From: Octopus sinensis
Lineage: Eukaryota
Direction: 5' to 3'
Length of the DNA: 64,000 nt
Assembly: GCF_006345805.1 (NCBI RefSeq)
Contig: NC_043002.1
Location: 33,728,001 to 33,792,000, forward strand
Shown: in pieces, positions 37,739-49,449 of the stretch
How the letters are laid out: every line of letters starts with the position of its first letter
Numbering within the stretch: the stretch's first letter is position 1
Program-made: the position numbers and the translations under genes
Notes under the pieces: model-generated
What the model saw: only the letters and a program-made list of their open reading frames with translations
What the model was told of the DNA's origin: nothing
Databases searched by the model: none

Positions 37739-38316
37739 TGTCGAAATGCTCCAATTGTATCAGATAAATATGCATCAACAATGCGCTGAGTATTGTTCAA
37801 ATACATCAGCTTTATTTTTACTTGTTTCTCTTTCCTTTCTTCTTTTTCTTCTTCTGCCACAGTCTCAGAAGAATTCTGCTCACTGCTCACCGAACTCTCA
37901 TTTACTTGAGCTGATGCAGATTCACTTTGATCTTCCTCATCTTCATTCGAAGCAAGATTTTCTGAATCTTTGTCAGCATCTTCCAATAAATTACTTTCTG
38001 AAGAGTTCTCTGTCGTGTCGTCCTTTGCCGTCTCTGCACTGGTAGTTTCAGCACTCCGCACCAAGACAGGTGTTGGAGAAACTTCTTCGAGCGGTTCGCT
38101 TGGTTGAAGCGGTGGTTCCGCAGTGACATGTACTGCAGCATGGCTGGGTTGGACGTTGGTGAAAATTAAGTCTTGCATCGACTCAAGGACAAACACATTA
38201 ACAAAAGGGATAAAGCGTAACTGAGTTGACAACCAACACGCCGTTATGAGGATGACAGCAAACATTATCATCATGGCGTATGTCACCTCATCTCCGAAGC
38301 CTTCAATCATTGGCAT
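37739..38316 (-). CDS. TMUB1: TMUB1/2-like first coding exon: N-terminal TM, acidic linker, start of UBL; exon spans 37739-38332
   Basis: Acceptor cttttcag| at 38332, in-frame TAA before the ATG at 38316. MPMIEGFGDEVT..WLST is the TMUB N-terminal signature (LIEGVGDEVT..AWVST); VKIKLMYLNNTQRIV..TIGAFR is the UBL start. Donor CA|gtaagt. Spliced product 331 aa. Confidence 0.92.
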
Positions 38317-38451
38317 TTTGACTATTTAGTGTCTGAAAAGAAGCAAATGTCAGATATCATCATCATTACCAACACAAAACTACAAAATATCAAAACAACT
38401 TTCAGATAACAACATATTAACTGACTATGTCTATCAGTTTCTCACAACAGC

Positions 38452-38775
38452 ATAAGCGGAAAGTGTAACCTCTCGAAAGAGCTGTTCTTCACTCCTGCTC
38501 CAGAGCATCAGCTGCGGGGTCACTCCGAAAAGCTCTATCTGCGACGATTTCATCTCAATCGAAGGAGAGGGGCTTTCTCCGTCCAGGTTGCGGATCCGTG
38601 GAATAAGCTGCCAGACAAGATAGTGAAGATGCCGACAACCGCTCGGTTCAAAGTCTCTCTTGACCAGAAACGGCCTGAACTCTTAGCATGAACACCCTCC
38701 CTGTACATAACTCCATGTTCCCCTATATGGCCTTGCTTTTTGCATTTTGAGCCAAAAAATTAACTTAACTATATT
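38452..38775 (+). mobile_element. 5'-truncated CR1-type LINE 3' end
   Basis: Open frame ISGKCNLSKELFFTPAPEHQLRGHSEKLYLRRFHLNRRRGAFSVQVADPWNKLPDKIVKMPTTARFKVSLDQKRPELLA* carries the CR1 RGH..WN.LP..FK..LD C-terminus; short AATTAACTTAACT tail. Confidence 0.85.
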
Positions 38776-39019
38776 AAACATGTCTATTATACTGACAAGG
38801 AAACTGATCTTTAGGTAGGGTTGTAGAGTCAATAAACAAAATCTCCAACTCCAGCCCCTCAAATCCTGGTATGATATTATCAACTTCAACTCCACAATTT
38901 CTGGTACCACTAACTCCCCTTTCTTTCATAATTAGACTAATAATATATTCCATAAAGGTGGCAAACAAGCAAAATCGTAAGCACAATTTTGTCTATCTTC
39001 ACATTCTGTTCTGTGTTCA

Positions 39020-39405
39020 AATTCCACTACAGTTAATTTTGGCTTTCATCCTTTCAGGCTCAATAAAATAAGTACCAGTTGTGTACTGGTGTTGATGTAA
39101 TTGATTCACCCCTCCCCCTAAAATTGCTGGCCTTGTGCCAAAACTCATTGCTTTACTGGCACCCACGCCAGTGGCATATGTAAAAGATTCGACCGAGGTC
39201 GTTGCCAGTGTCGCCTGACTGGCCCCATGCCGGTGGCATGTAAAAGCACCCACTACACTCTCGGAGTGGTTGGCATTAGGAAGGGGATCCAGCTGTAGAA
39301 ATTACGTCAGATCAAGATTGAAGCCTGGTGCAGCCATCTGGTTTGCCAGCCCTCAGTCACATGTCCAACCCATGCTAGCATGGAAAGCGAACATGATGAT
39401 GATGA
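39020..39405. mobile_element. SINE B fragment (39020-39150) and RTE 3' tail (+, about 39155-39405)
   Basis: Family-diagnostic sequences and (GAT)n tail. Confidence 0.75.
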
Positions 39406-39707
39406 TATTGATTAAAGGCACACAACATACATGGTCAATGTGATTCACTAGCCTAATGTTTTAAAGTTTAGGCTTAAAGGTAAAAAGATATGCTACTATG
39501 GCTTTTTAATATTATTTATCAAAAAATTTTTTAAAACATAAGCCTGATGACCACCCCCTAGTAAAGAAAAATAAAGGGTTATAGCAAATAGAGACTCGGA
39601 CATTGCTTAGAAAATATTTTTCATTTTTAACCTCGTATATAGTACGCACTATGGATTTTGACCTTTAAATTTTGGGAAAAAATGTAGATTATACTTGAAG
39701 ATTTACG

Positions 39708-39742
<35 letters not shown>

Positions 39743-39745
<3 letters not shown>

Positions 39746-40611
39746 GGTCTGATCAATAAGTATCCAGATTGCTGCTATAGTAATGAAGCTAAAGCACGCA
39801 AAGTGAAGCCACTTGGCACAGATTGACCTGCATCTCTGCTATGCATGTGCACTAAGTTTTAACATTCTAGCTCACTTCCGCTGTTTACAGCAGTGCTTGG
39901 AAGGAAGGTGTGTAGCATGTGATTGTTGCATTGACCATGACAGAGAAATGTTGAGCAGAGAATCTGCATCAAATTTTGCCAAAAGCTTGGCAATACCTGC
40001 TCAGAGGCCTAAGCAAAGTTTGCAAAAAGTTTTCATCATTCACGACACAATCGAGATCTTGTGCAACTGAAACCTGAGTGTCATTTTGGTCAGCTGAAAG
40101 CAGTTTTGGCACAAACTTGGCAGGCACATGTCTCATACACAAATCTTCAGGGATAATGAACTGAACTGTAACTAATCTGCACATCCTCTTATAATTCATG
40201 GATGGTGATTCAATGATTTCCCCTCACAGCTGCACACACATCTGCGAAGTTTTTCTCAGTTCTGCTGGTTGCAGGCCTCCCAGAATGTTCATTAATACTG
40301 ACACATTTTTGACCATCTTGGAACCGTCTGAACAACTCATACACTCCTCTCCATACACTTTCTGCAACTTTATGTGGGCTTCTGAGCAGTTATCGCCATG
40401 ACAACTTTCTCTGTTATGGTCAATGCAATGATCACACACTACACACCTTCCTTCCAAGCACTGCTGTAAACAGTGGAAGTGAGCTAGAACGTTAAAACTT
40501 AGTGAGCATGTAAAGCAGAGTTCAAGGTCAATCTGTGCCAAGTGGCTTCAAACTGTATACTTTAGCTTCATTACTATGGCAACAGTGCGGATACTTATTG
40601 ATCAGACCTTG
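39743..40611. mobile_element. Mariner derivative made of two inverted 5' ends
   Basis: TA|CATGGTCTGATCAATAAGTATCC at left and GGATACTTATTGATCAGACCTTG at right; about 270 bp of both ends are homologous. The minus copy continues into transposase remnants (KLQKVYGEECMS; PAKFVPKLLS..DENFL). Confidence 0.85.
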
Positions 40612-40786
40612 TCTGTATCCTTGTTTTTTTCTGTGTCCCTTTCTGTAGAAGAGCGTAGGCTCGAAATGTAAAAGATTTTTTTCAATTCCTGATCGTTATA
40701 CTAATACACCTGTTTGTTTTCTACACCACCTGTCTTCGTCTTTTGTTTTTTTCATGAACTCTCCCTATATATATATATATATACAC

Positions 40787-40829
<43 letters not shown>

Positions 40830-41130
40830 ATATATAATATATAGTATTTTGTACTTTATTTTTATATTCTTTTACTTTTTCTTTTGGGTGTATACATATA
40901 TGTATATATATATATATATATATAACGGGAAGCTTTATGAAAATAAACAAAAGACGAAGGCAGGTGGAAGACAAACGAACAATTGTATTAGTATGGCGCT
41001 CAGGAAATATAAATAAAACAAGTCTTTAACGTTTCGAGCCTACGCTCTTCAACAGAAAGATACACAGAGAGAGAAAAACACAGAAAGAAGGAGAGAAAAA
41101 AAATGCGTGCAGTAGCTAACGAATCAACAT
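40612..41130. mobile_element. Inverted pair of Penelope-like element terminal (pLTR-type) fragments around a (TA)n tract
   Basis: 40612-40765 (+) and 40925-41130 (-) share CTTTCTGTNGAAGAGCGTAGGCTCGAAA..AAAGA..CTAATACA..CCACCTG(T/C)CTTCGTCTTTTGTT. The PLE assignment rests on the hammerhead-like CTGxxGAAGAGC..GCTCGAAAC signature. Confidence 0.65.
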
Positions 41131-41292
41131 TATATATATTCTCTTTTACTTGTTCAGTCATTTGACTGCGGCCATGCTGTACTTTTAGGTGTTTTCGCTC
41201 AATAAACACACACCACGCCCGGTCTGGGAATCGAAACCGTGATCCTCCGACCGCAAGTTCGCTGCCCTAACCACTAGGCCATTGCGCCTCCA

Positions 41293-41293
41293 C

Positions 41294-41325
<32 letters not shown>

Positions 41326-41342
41326 TATATATTATATATATA

Positions 41343-41389
<47 letters not shown>

Positions 41390-41478
41390 GTATATATATA
41401 TATATGTATTATATATATATATATATATATGTAATATATATATATGCGTATATATATATATGTATATATAATATATGC

Positions 41479-41513
<35 letters not shown>

Positions 41514-41630
41514 TATATATATATATATATATATATATATCGTATATATATATATATGTATATATATATAATATATATATATATATAGTATATATATATA
41601 TATATACACACATATATATATACACATATA
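41293..41630. repeat. Long interrupted (TA)n microsatellite
   Basis: Directly visible. Confidence 0.95.
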
Positions 41631-44599
41631 TGTATACACCCAAAAGAAAAAGTAAAAGAATATAAAAATAAAGTACAAAAATACTATAAAGAAGATTAGC
41701 AACATTATTGTTTACTATTTCAAAACTCTTAAGTACTTCAAAGTTAAAACTAAAAGACTGAGCATTGCATCTTAACAAACAACCATTTTAAATGAAATAA
41801 ACTCAATTAGATATATAAATCATCCTTTCAATTTCAATATAAAATTTAAGTCAATGTTATATAAAAGATTGCAATGAATAAAATAAAATTTACTATCTTT
41901 TTCTTAAAAACAAAATTGCTTCCACCAGATCAACCTTCACTGAAACTCTTAAATTTGATTTATTATCCTCAAATTAGTATCTGTGAGATCAGTTAAATTA
42001 ATAACTATAAAATTGGAAATTTTAATGCCTTATACGACTGTTTATTTTTAGTCATACTTTGTACATTTCTACTGAGTTCAGCTCCAATAACCTAATGACT
42101 GCTTCCAACTCTGACTCCATAACACTCACTTCACAACCAATAATGTTTTAGGTGAACCAGATGTATTTATAGTTAATTTGGAGAGGAAGTTGACACTCAT
42201 ATTTACAATGCCTTATTCATATAGCTAAAACTCTAGTTTGACTCCAACAAGGTCTAACTGCATGTCACACACACAAACACATAGATATACACTATAGATA
42301 TACCTGTTCTTGTAACTACTTACAGCTAAGCAAGTATCAGTTTCATTTTACCACTGACAACATCAAAGACAGTTCCGTGATATATTGTATGCATGTAAAC
42401 ATGTTGTTTAGCACTAAGTCAGCTTTGAAAGAACACACTTATGATCAAAAGGTATTCCAGCCATGACCATCCACTCCCCAGGCACAGTTCACTGAAACCT
42501 ATATCACAATGCTCCGTAAGATGATAGGATGTAATCTGGAATTTGGTTGGTATCTTTAACAGATCAAGAGATCATGTAGAAGCCCTCATTAGCAGCAGAA
42601 GGTGGGATACAAGTAAATTGTACCATATCTGTGAATATCTAGGAATGGAAATTAAAAGCTGGAACACATGGATATATTCATCATCATCTAACGTCCATTT
42701 TCCATGCTGGCATGAGTTGGACAGTTTGACTGAAACCTGGTAAGCTGCACAAGGTTCCAGTCTGATTTGGTATGGTTTGTACAGCTGGATGCCCTTCCTA
42801 ATGCCAAACACTCCAAGAGTGTAGTGGGTGCTTTTCACTAATATAAACTTCTAGCAATGAAAAGTGAAATACATATATCATATCACCTGTAAACCTACAG
42901 CAAAAGTCTGCTGAAGGTTATGTGATTGTGTCATCAGTTCCATCACTATATATTTTTCTCTCAATATACAATATCAAAAACAACATATACACACAATAAG
43001 TGATGATTATATAATTATACAAAGTCATACATGTACACACACACACATGAATTCAACCAGATCGACACTTCCAGACACAGACATTATCATCTACCCATGA
43101 TTGGCAAAACCAGTTATTGAGGTGCCACTCTAGATGCTCTAGCTGTCAGAAGGGTCCCTGACAGCCAGAAGGATCATGATATTAAAATGTGTTCAGTCAT
43201 TGATATTGTCAAACTAGGATTTCTTCTGCTTCATTGCCTTCCTTCAATTGTGCCATGAAGAATGGTTTGGGGCAGAAATTGAGACGGGATACATGTCCGT
43301 AGTGGTAAAATTTCTACAGCAGAGAGTGGTTCCTGCCTGCCAACATATTCCAAGACTGCTGCCTAACAAAGCTATTTGTGCTCTGTATACAATATACATA
43401 GTAGCATTTCAAAGTATTTGTGCTTAAATGCCTGGATTCTTCATTCCTTGTCAGTTGTAAGAGTCTAGCTTTTGCATTCTTATAGAAAGCAAGGAGTGAC
43501 CAGGGACTTGGACGCTGAGTTTCATAGAAAAACTGACAAGCTTGATTTTCCACATGACATTCAGTATCATCATGGTACATGAAACTAAACCAAGTTTTGT
43601 GTTTGTCCACTTTATCATGCTGTTGTCTTTGCTCTAAGTGAATGCAAGATATTTAACTCTTTAGCGTTCAGATTATTCAGTTACATGTAATGCTTATTTA
43701 TTCACACTGTTTCAGATTAATCATGAATTATCTTGTAGCTTCAAGATTCTGATGATATGGTAGTTTATTTTTAGAATGACATTGTAGGGTAGATCTGAGG
43801 GACCAGATTTGGCTACTTTGAACATAAAACAGGTAGAATACTTTAAAGGGAAAAATTTGACAAGTCAGTCAGTCACCGGCTGATGATACATCAAAGAGGC
43901 CAGGGAACAGAAGAAGGAAGACATGCACTCAACACCAGAACTGAAGACACCTCCAAAAGGATGGGCCCCGCCACGTCAAAACGGTAGAGGAGTAGGGGCC
44001 GAAACCGGCCGTGGTTCCTCCTGATGATGTCTTGAGCTAACTGGATCCTATAAAGGAGCTGCTGTGGTAGCAGACCATGAAACACAGTTGTAATTCCTCC
44101 TTGGGTCAGATTCAGTCGGTTTAAATGCTAAAAAGTTAAAGCTGTCCATTTCTTCAAGGTTTTGTTTATTCAATATGATGTTGGATGATGTGTTCTAGAG
44201 GTAGCTATTGATCAGAATCTTGCCCTTTTCTCAAGTGATCTCCATTCCATGAATTACAGCCTTATGGCAGGTACCTGGAGTTCTGCTACATTGCACCTCA
44301 TTAAGACAATATCAACAACAAAATGCAAGTTACAATGAGGCCATTCTTAAGTAGAAATGGAGGTTTCAAAGTCACATTGCACTCCATGTATGATGTTTAC
44401 CAGGAAGATGTAGAAAAACATTTAGGAGGGGATACAGCCATGACAAACTCCATCTGAAGTCCTAAAGAAGTCTCTTAAGTTGTTTTTCTGAAGTGAGCTG
44501 TCTGAATTTTTGTACATACGCAGAAACATAAAACACATGCAAAGAAACAACAAAAATACACACTTTTCATATATATGTATGTATGCATAGATTATAATA

Positions 44600-45580
44600 T
44601 TTATGTAGACGGATAGGGATGGTGAGGCTGGATAGAACAAAGATGATGAGAGGAGACAAGATGAGTAGGATGGGAATGTTTGAATGGAACCGGTACGAGC
44701 CCAGCCAGCTTCTTGGTGCAGAGGCCATTATAGTCATGGTGGAAAAAGTGTACCAGAGTGTATCTCTGAGTTACTTTACGCCAATCAGCCAGTTGTTTAT
44801 AGTGTATTGGTGAATGAATCTTTGTCAATCAGTTGAAATGCTGTTTTATTTCAACTTGGTCTAGGACACTTGTGTGTTGCAAACAACATCCCACATGTGA
44901 ACAACTAAATGTTCATGGTGGATCTTAGTTAACGTTTAGCAACTGTAAAGAGCTGATGTATATTTTGATCCATAAAACAAAGCCTAACTTTGGAGAAATA
45001 GTTCTGACAATGCAAAATAAATGTGATGTGACTTTCACAAATTATAAGCATTTTAGCTATGTGCAGTTCATGTGTAAAACTGGTGTGCAAGTCTGTTTCT
45101 TTGATGTGTAATGTGTCTTCGAGCTATTAAAAGAAACCAGATTGTCACATTCCCATGCTTTGATAGAATGGGGCAGGGTAACTGTACATGGAAGGGGCAG
45201 ACCAGGTGTAGAACATGTAAATTGAATATGGAGGATGATAAGTGATGGGCAGTATCATCTACGTAAGAGTGGTTTGTTAAAACTGAATAAATAGTCAATT
45301 TATTTAGGGAGCAGTGTGGTGACAAAACTGAACCTTTAGGTACACCAGAGTTAACTGAGTAAAGGGGAGGGGGTGAGAGAGAGATTAATATATGCTGCAC
45401 TGAAGTGGTTTGACAAGATGTGGGAGAAGACAGAGACAATAGGTGTGTGAAACTTAGCTAAGAGGTCTCACACCAGACACAGTTAAGGGCTTTGTTCATA
45501 TCAAGGGCAACACCATTGCTTTTGTATAGTACTCAAATGTGGGAAAACACTACTGAGTGACAGAGCTAAGCCACTTTTCA
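44600..45580 (-). mobile_element. Degenerate L2/CR1/Jockey-group LINE RT fragment
   Basis: Minus strand ALDMNKALNCVW, VNSGVPKGSVLSP, HSYVDDT and C-terminal FFHHDYNGLCTKKLAGLVP. Confidence 0.75.
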
Positions 45581-46677
45581 CACAAGAAACCATACTCATC
45601 AATGATGATAATGTAGTAGTAGTAGTAGATGAGGGTGAACCAGTGTACAGATATTCTGCGGGGAAGATTTCGCTCATTACCGTAACATCTAATGATGTGT
45701 TCTGAAAGTTATAAGGCAGGACAATCTATCTCAGATGTTTACGACTTAAATAACACAATGTCGTCGTGTTGACAGTCTGACAGACACTATTAAAAATATT
45801 CCAATTATTAGTGTCAGACACTCACATTGGGATTCACAAGGTTTTACAGTTCGATCTTCAAAAATGATGGTATTTGCAAATTTTATGCAAATTACCCAAT
45901 GAATCCATTTTCTGTGCTATTATGTATGTGTGTACATATGTACACACAACCATATCTGTGTCTATGGTGTTTGTTGGTAAACAGTAGCACGATCAGGTAA
46001 ACAAGGACACGACTACGTGTCTCTGTGTGTGTGTGTATATATAAGAAATTGGAATGGCGAAGGAAATAAACATTTATGTACTTCGTTAACTTACGGCTGA
46101 AACATGTCTATACTGAGTTCTAACACACGCACACATACATATAATAAAGTTAATGTCTGGTCATATATATTTACATGAAGTAAATGTGATCCACTGGCGA
46201 TATATATATATGTGTGTATACATAACACAAAAAATAAACGCAGTGTATAGTGACATGCGTTATATAAGATTTATTAAACGTTCTTCAATAATTCATGTGA
46301 ATCCTGCTCCACTTTACGTATTTAATTTCCAAACCAAATCTGATTCCATACCCAAATCTAACTGATTCTTACTAATATGTCTATATGTCCAATATTGGCA
46401 TTTTGAGCAGTTGACAAAATCTATCTAAAATGTTCTTCGATAGCAATCACATCATCATAGTAGTAGATTAAATAAAAACGGTGGAGGTTTAAATCGGATC
46501 GAGTAAAATGAAACGACATGATAAACAACAACTGCTTAAAAAGAGATAAAAATGAAACTGAGGCCAACCCGGAACAGTTACAGGTCCCAGATAACCCTCA
46601 TATTCTGAGAATTAGTCCATTTCTTCTAACTGTACATACCACACACTTTTTTTAGCAAATTTACTGGAAGGCAATAC

Positions 46678-47420
46678 CTGCCTCCTTCGACTTCCACTCC
46701 AAGTCGAAACGGAAGAAGTTGATGAGGTGTCAGTAGACATTAAAAAAAAATTCCTGTTATGAGAAACCAAATTGACAAAAGAGTAAAACACATCCTGCTA
46801 CAATTACTCCGTTTAGGCTGACCAAACCAAATGTTGTCTACCTAATCTCAAAGTTATCAGTTCTGTTAACAACACCATTCTATTTTTTTCCCTACTATTA
46901 TTTAAGGTCAATAATAATAATAATAAACTTAACATACTGGAACATAGGTACAAGGTTACCGATCAAGGGGGGGGAGGTGTGAAAGTGAATTAAATTGGCC
47001 TCCTATCGGTACTTCGCTGGTATTTCGTTTTATCGCTTCCAGGAAAATAAAAGATAATAAAGTCGACCTTGGCGGGGATTTAAACAACAAATACAACCAT
47101 ATGTGATGGTGGGGAGGCAGAAGAATGCGATTGTTGAACTATAAAAAGGTGATTATATAACAGTTTCGTCGCTGTACAACATTAAAATACTGATGGCGAA
47201 GAAAAGATAAAATTATAAACAACAATGAAGTAGAAGAGATGAATGATTATTGTTGTTATTACCTTTCACTTAACTCGATGTAGACATTGCAAATACAATG
47301 ATAGAAACCAGTATGTCACGTGACGACTACACTATACTTCCGCTAATCAACGAAACCGGACAGAAGTAATAACAAACTCATCGTAACCGGGCGAAAGTGT
47401 TCACAAAAATATACAATCCT
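46678..47420 (-). promoter_or_regulatory. TMUB1: Candidate TMUB promoter with two candidate non-coding 5' exons (donors at 47263 and 46678)
   Basis: Donors GAAAG|GTAATA (47263) and GGCAG|GTATTG (46678), palindromic E-box GTCACGTGAC (47315-47324), ETS-like ACTTCCG (47336-47342) and local CpG enrichment. Assignment is inferred. Confidence 0.5.
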
Positions 47421-47486
47421 ATTACAGTAACTGTTGATTGCAAGTCTGTCTTCTATTGTATTTTACGAAACGGCAAGACAGCTCAC

Positions 47487-47907
47487 GGATCTTTTCGGTT
47501 TGAACGGCAGTTTTTTTCTAGCGGTGTCATATGAAATTGTCACCTATAATTATAACCCTAGAATCGATCTATTGCATTTCAATCTCTTTTAGGGTTAGGG
47601 TTAGGGGTGGAGGAAGGGTATCTTTTTTTCTTCACAAAAATTTAAATAAACCCAATCTGTTTCTTAAACGAGGGACATATTCATATGGCACAGAATGCTT
47701 TTTAACTCAATAGACGTCACTGATTGGTTGAAATTGCAGAAATTGAAGGAAAAAAAGCAACAAATATCTTACAAACCATAGAATTTTCTCAATAAAGCCA
47801 AGAGACAAAGATGTTTTATAAACACATTCTACCAGTATACGAAGTTTAGAAGTGTTTAGTTACGTGGAAATTATTTTAAAAAACTGCCGTTCAAACCAAA
47901 AGGATCC
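47487..47907. mobile_element. MITE with 29-bp TIRs, 8-bp TSD and internal (TTAGGG)3
   Basis: CAGCTCAC|GGATCTTTTCGGTTTGAACGGCAGTTTTT ... AAAAACTGCCGTTCAAACCAAAAGGATCC|CAGCTCAT. An 8-bp TSD fits the hAT or Merlin superfamily. Confidence 0.88.
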
Positions 47908-48885
47908 CAGCTCATTAATTTTTAGATGCAATAGTGTATATCAAAGAAAGTTAGGTCGGGTGAATTATTTTAGTTTACATAACCATTTCTAATCAACCAA
48001 CACACCATTATTTTAGCCCTTCTTACCTGTTCTATTGACCGGATTGAGTCGTCATTTGCATACATCAGTAAATCCTAATTCAGACCTCTTTAATTTTATG
48101 TCGCAAAATAATAAAAAGTTGAAATTTTCCCAAGTATACAGTGAGAAAATGAAGAGAAAATAAAATAAAAATACATCAGTAAATAATCAAAATAAAGTTG
48201 TCCTCATTGTCCCAATTATAACATCATATCAGGAGAAACTGGTGTTTTCCTCTAAGTTTTTGAAACACCTCTAAACATGCACGCTATTACCACAGTATCT
48301 ATAATTTGATATTTCAATGAGACAAGGCAGCAACGAAGTGAAAAAAAATGTTTTATTTTACTACTAGTATATCCGTGACGTCAAAGATGCTGACTGTTTT
48401 ATCAATGCTAAAAATGGCATCTCTAAACAAAGAGAGAAACCATTGCTAAATGTCAGCAAATACATGTATATACTCAGAATTGAAGTACCCGAAGAATCAG
48501 TTACTGTTGTAATGTCTCAGTTGAAAATAGCGCCCACATAATGTGCGTGTGTGTATATATTCTCTTATATGTTTTAGCCCTAAAGCTGCGATCATGCAGG
48601 GGTGAGCATTCTAGTTTGTTTGAAACATTGTAATACAGAAGTAGAAAGTGAAAGAAAAGGGAAATAAAGAATGCTTCTAACAATGCAGAAAGTTTCACAA
48701 AACAAACGAGAACCCTTTATATTTCGGGTGCAAAGGCTTATCTTCAGAAGTAAGCAATCAAAGAAATGTATATTTACATAGATTTCATTATTTTAAACTG
48801 CTTGGCATTTGGGTTAGCAGCAGTAACAGAAGCAACTCTCCAACTATTGGTCATGGTTCTTTCGGTTTATAAGATAGATAGATAG

Positions 48886-49075
48886 ATAAAGACGGATATG
48901 GTCGGTTTATGGGGTAACCCTGGGTTTCACGTTCATAAAGCACTTAGCTTTACAGCATCTCTTCAGACCTTTAGAGAGACCGTGGGCCTAGGGTTTGAAG
49001 AAATGCTGTAAAACTAAGTGCTTTATGGATGTGAAACCCAGGGTTACCCCATAGACTGGCCATATCTATCTTTAT
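48886..49075. repeat. ~190-bp hairpin (85-bp arms, ~20-nt loop), probably a palindromic MITE
   Basis: ATAAAGACGGATATGG..CTTCAGACCT versus GGGTTTGAAG..CCATATCTATCTTTAT; mismatches are transitions. Confidence 0.9.
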
Positions 49076-49204
49076 ATACTCTGCTGCTCTATAACTTAGA
49101 GTGTGCTTTTTTTCTGGATTTGTATTTACTGATAATATATATATATATATATAATTTTAATCCAAACGGGAAACAAAAAAACAACAACAATGGAACAATT
49201 ACAG

Positions 49205-49440
49205 TATTATTATTAATAGGCGCTCAGGAAATGGAAGCAGGGAGGTATGACGTTTCGAGCGGAGCTCTTCGTCGGAAACATAAAGAAGGAAGAGAGAGGA
49301 AAGAAAGATCCCAGAGCGGGCAACAGGGAAAGAGAAAAAAGACGACTGGTGTTTACGAGTTGCACATGGTGAAAGGCGGATGTTTACGAAAACAGAGCAA
49401 AGTGGGTTTTAAAGGCAAAAGAGTGGAGATAAGGTTGGTA
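49205..49440 (-). mobile_element. Penelope-like terminal fragment, second subfamily
   Basis: Minus strand CCGACGAAGAGCTCCGCTCGAAACGTC..TTCCTGAGCGCC resembles the 40925-41130 fragment. Confidence 0.55.
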
Positions 49441-49449
49441 ACGCAACAG

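Noticed and set aside
40714-41778. YI-repeat ORFs
   Set aside because: (TA)n microsatellite translations.
43314-43610. 98-aa ORF possibly from an L1/Tx1-type LINE C-terminus
   Set aside because: No diagnostic motif I can recognise; left unclassified.
47589-47606. (TTAGGG)3 as a telomere or fusion scar
   Set aside because: Only three units, and they lie inside a MITE with TIRs and a TSD.
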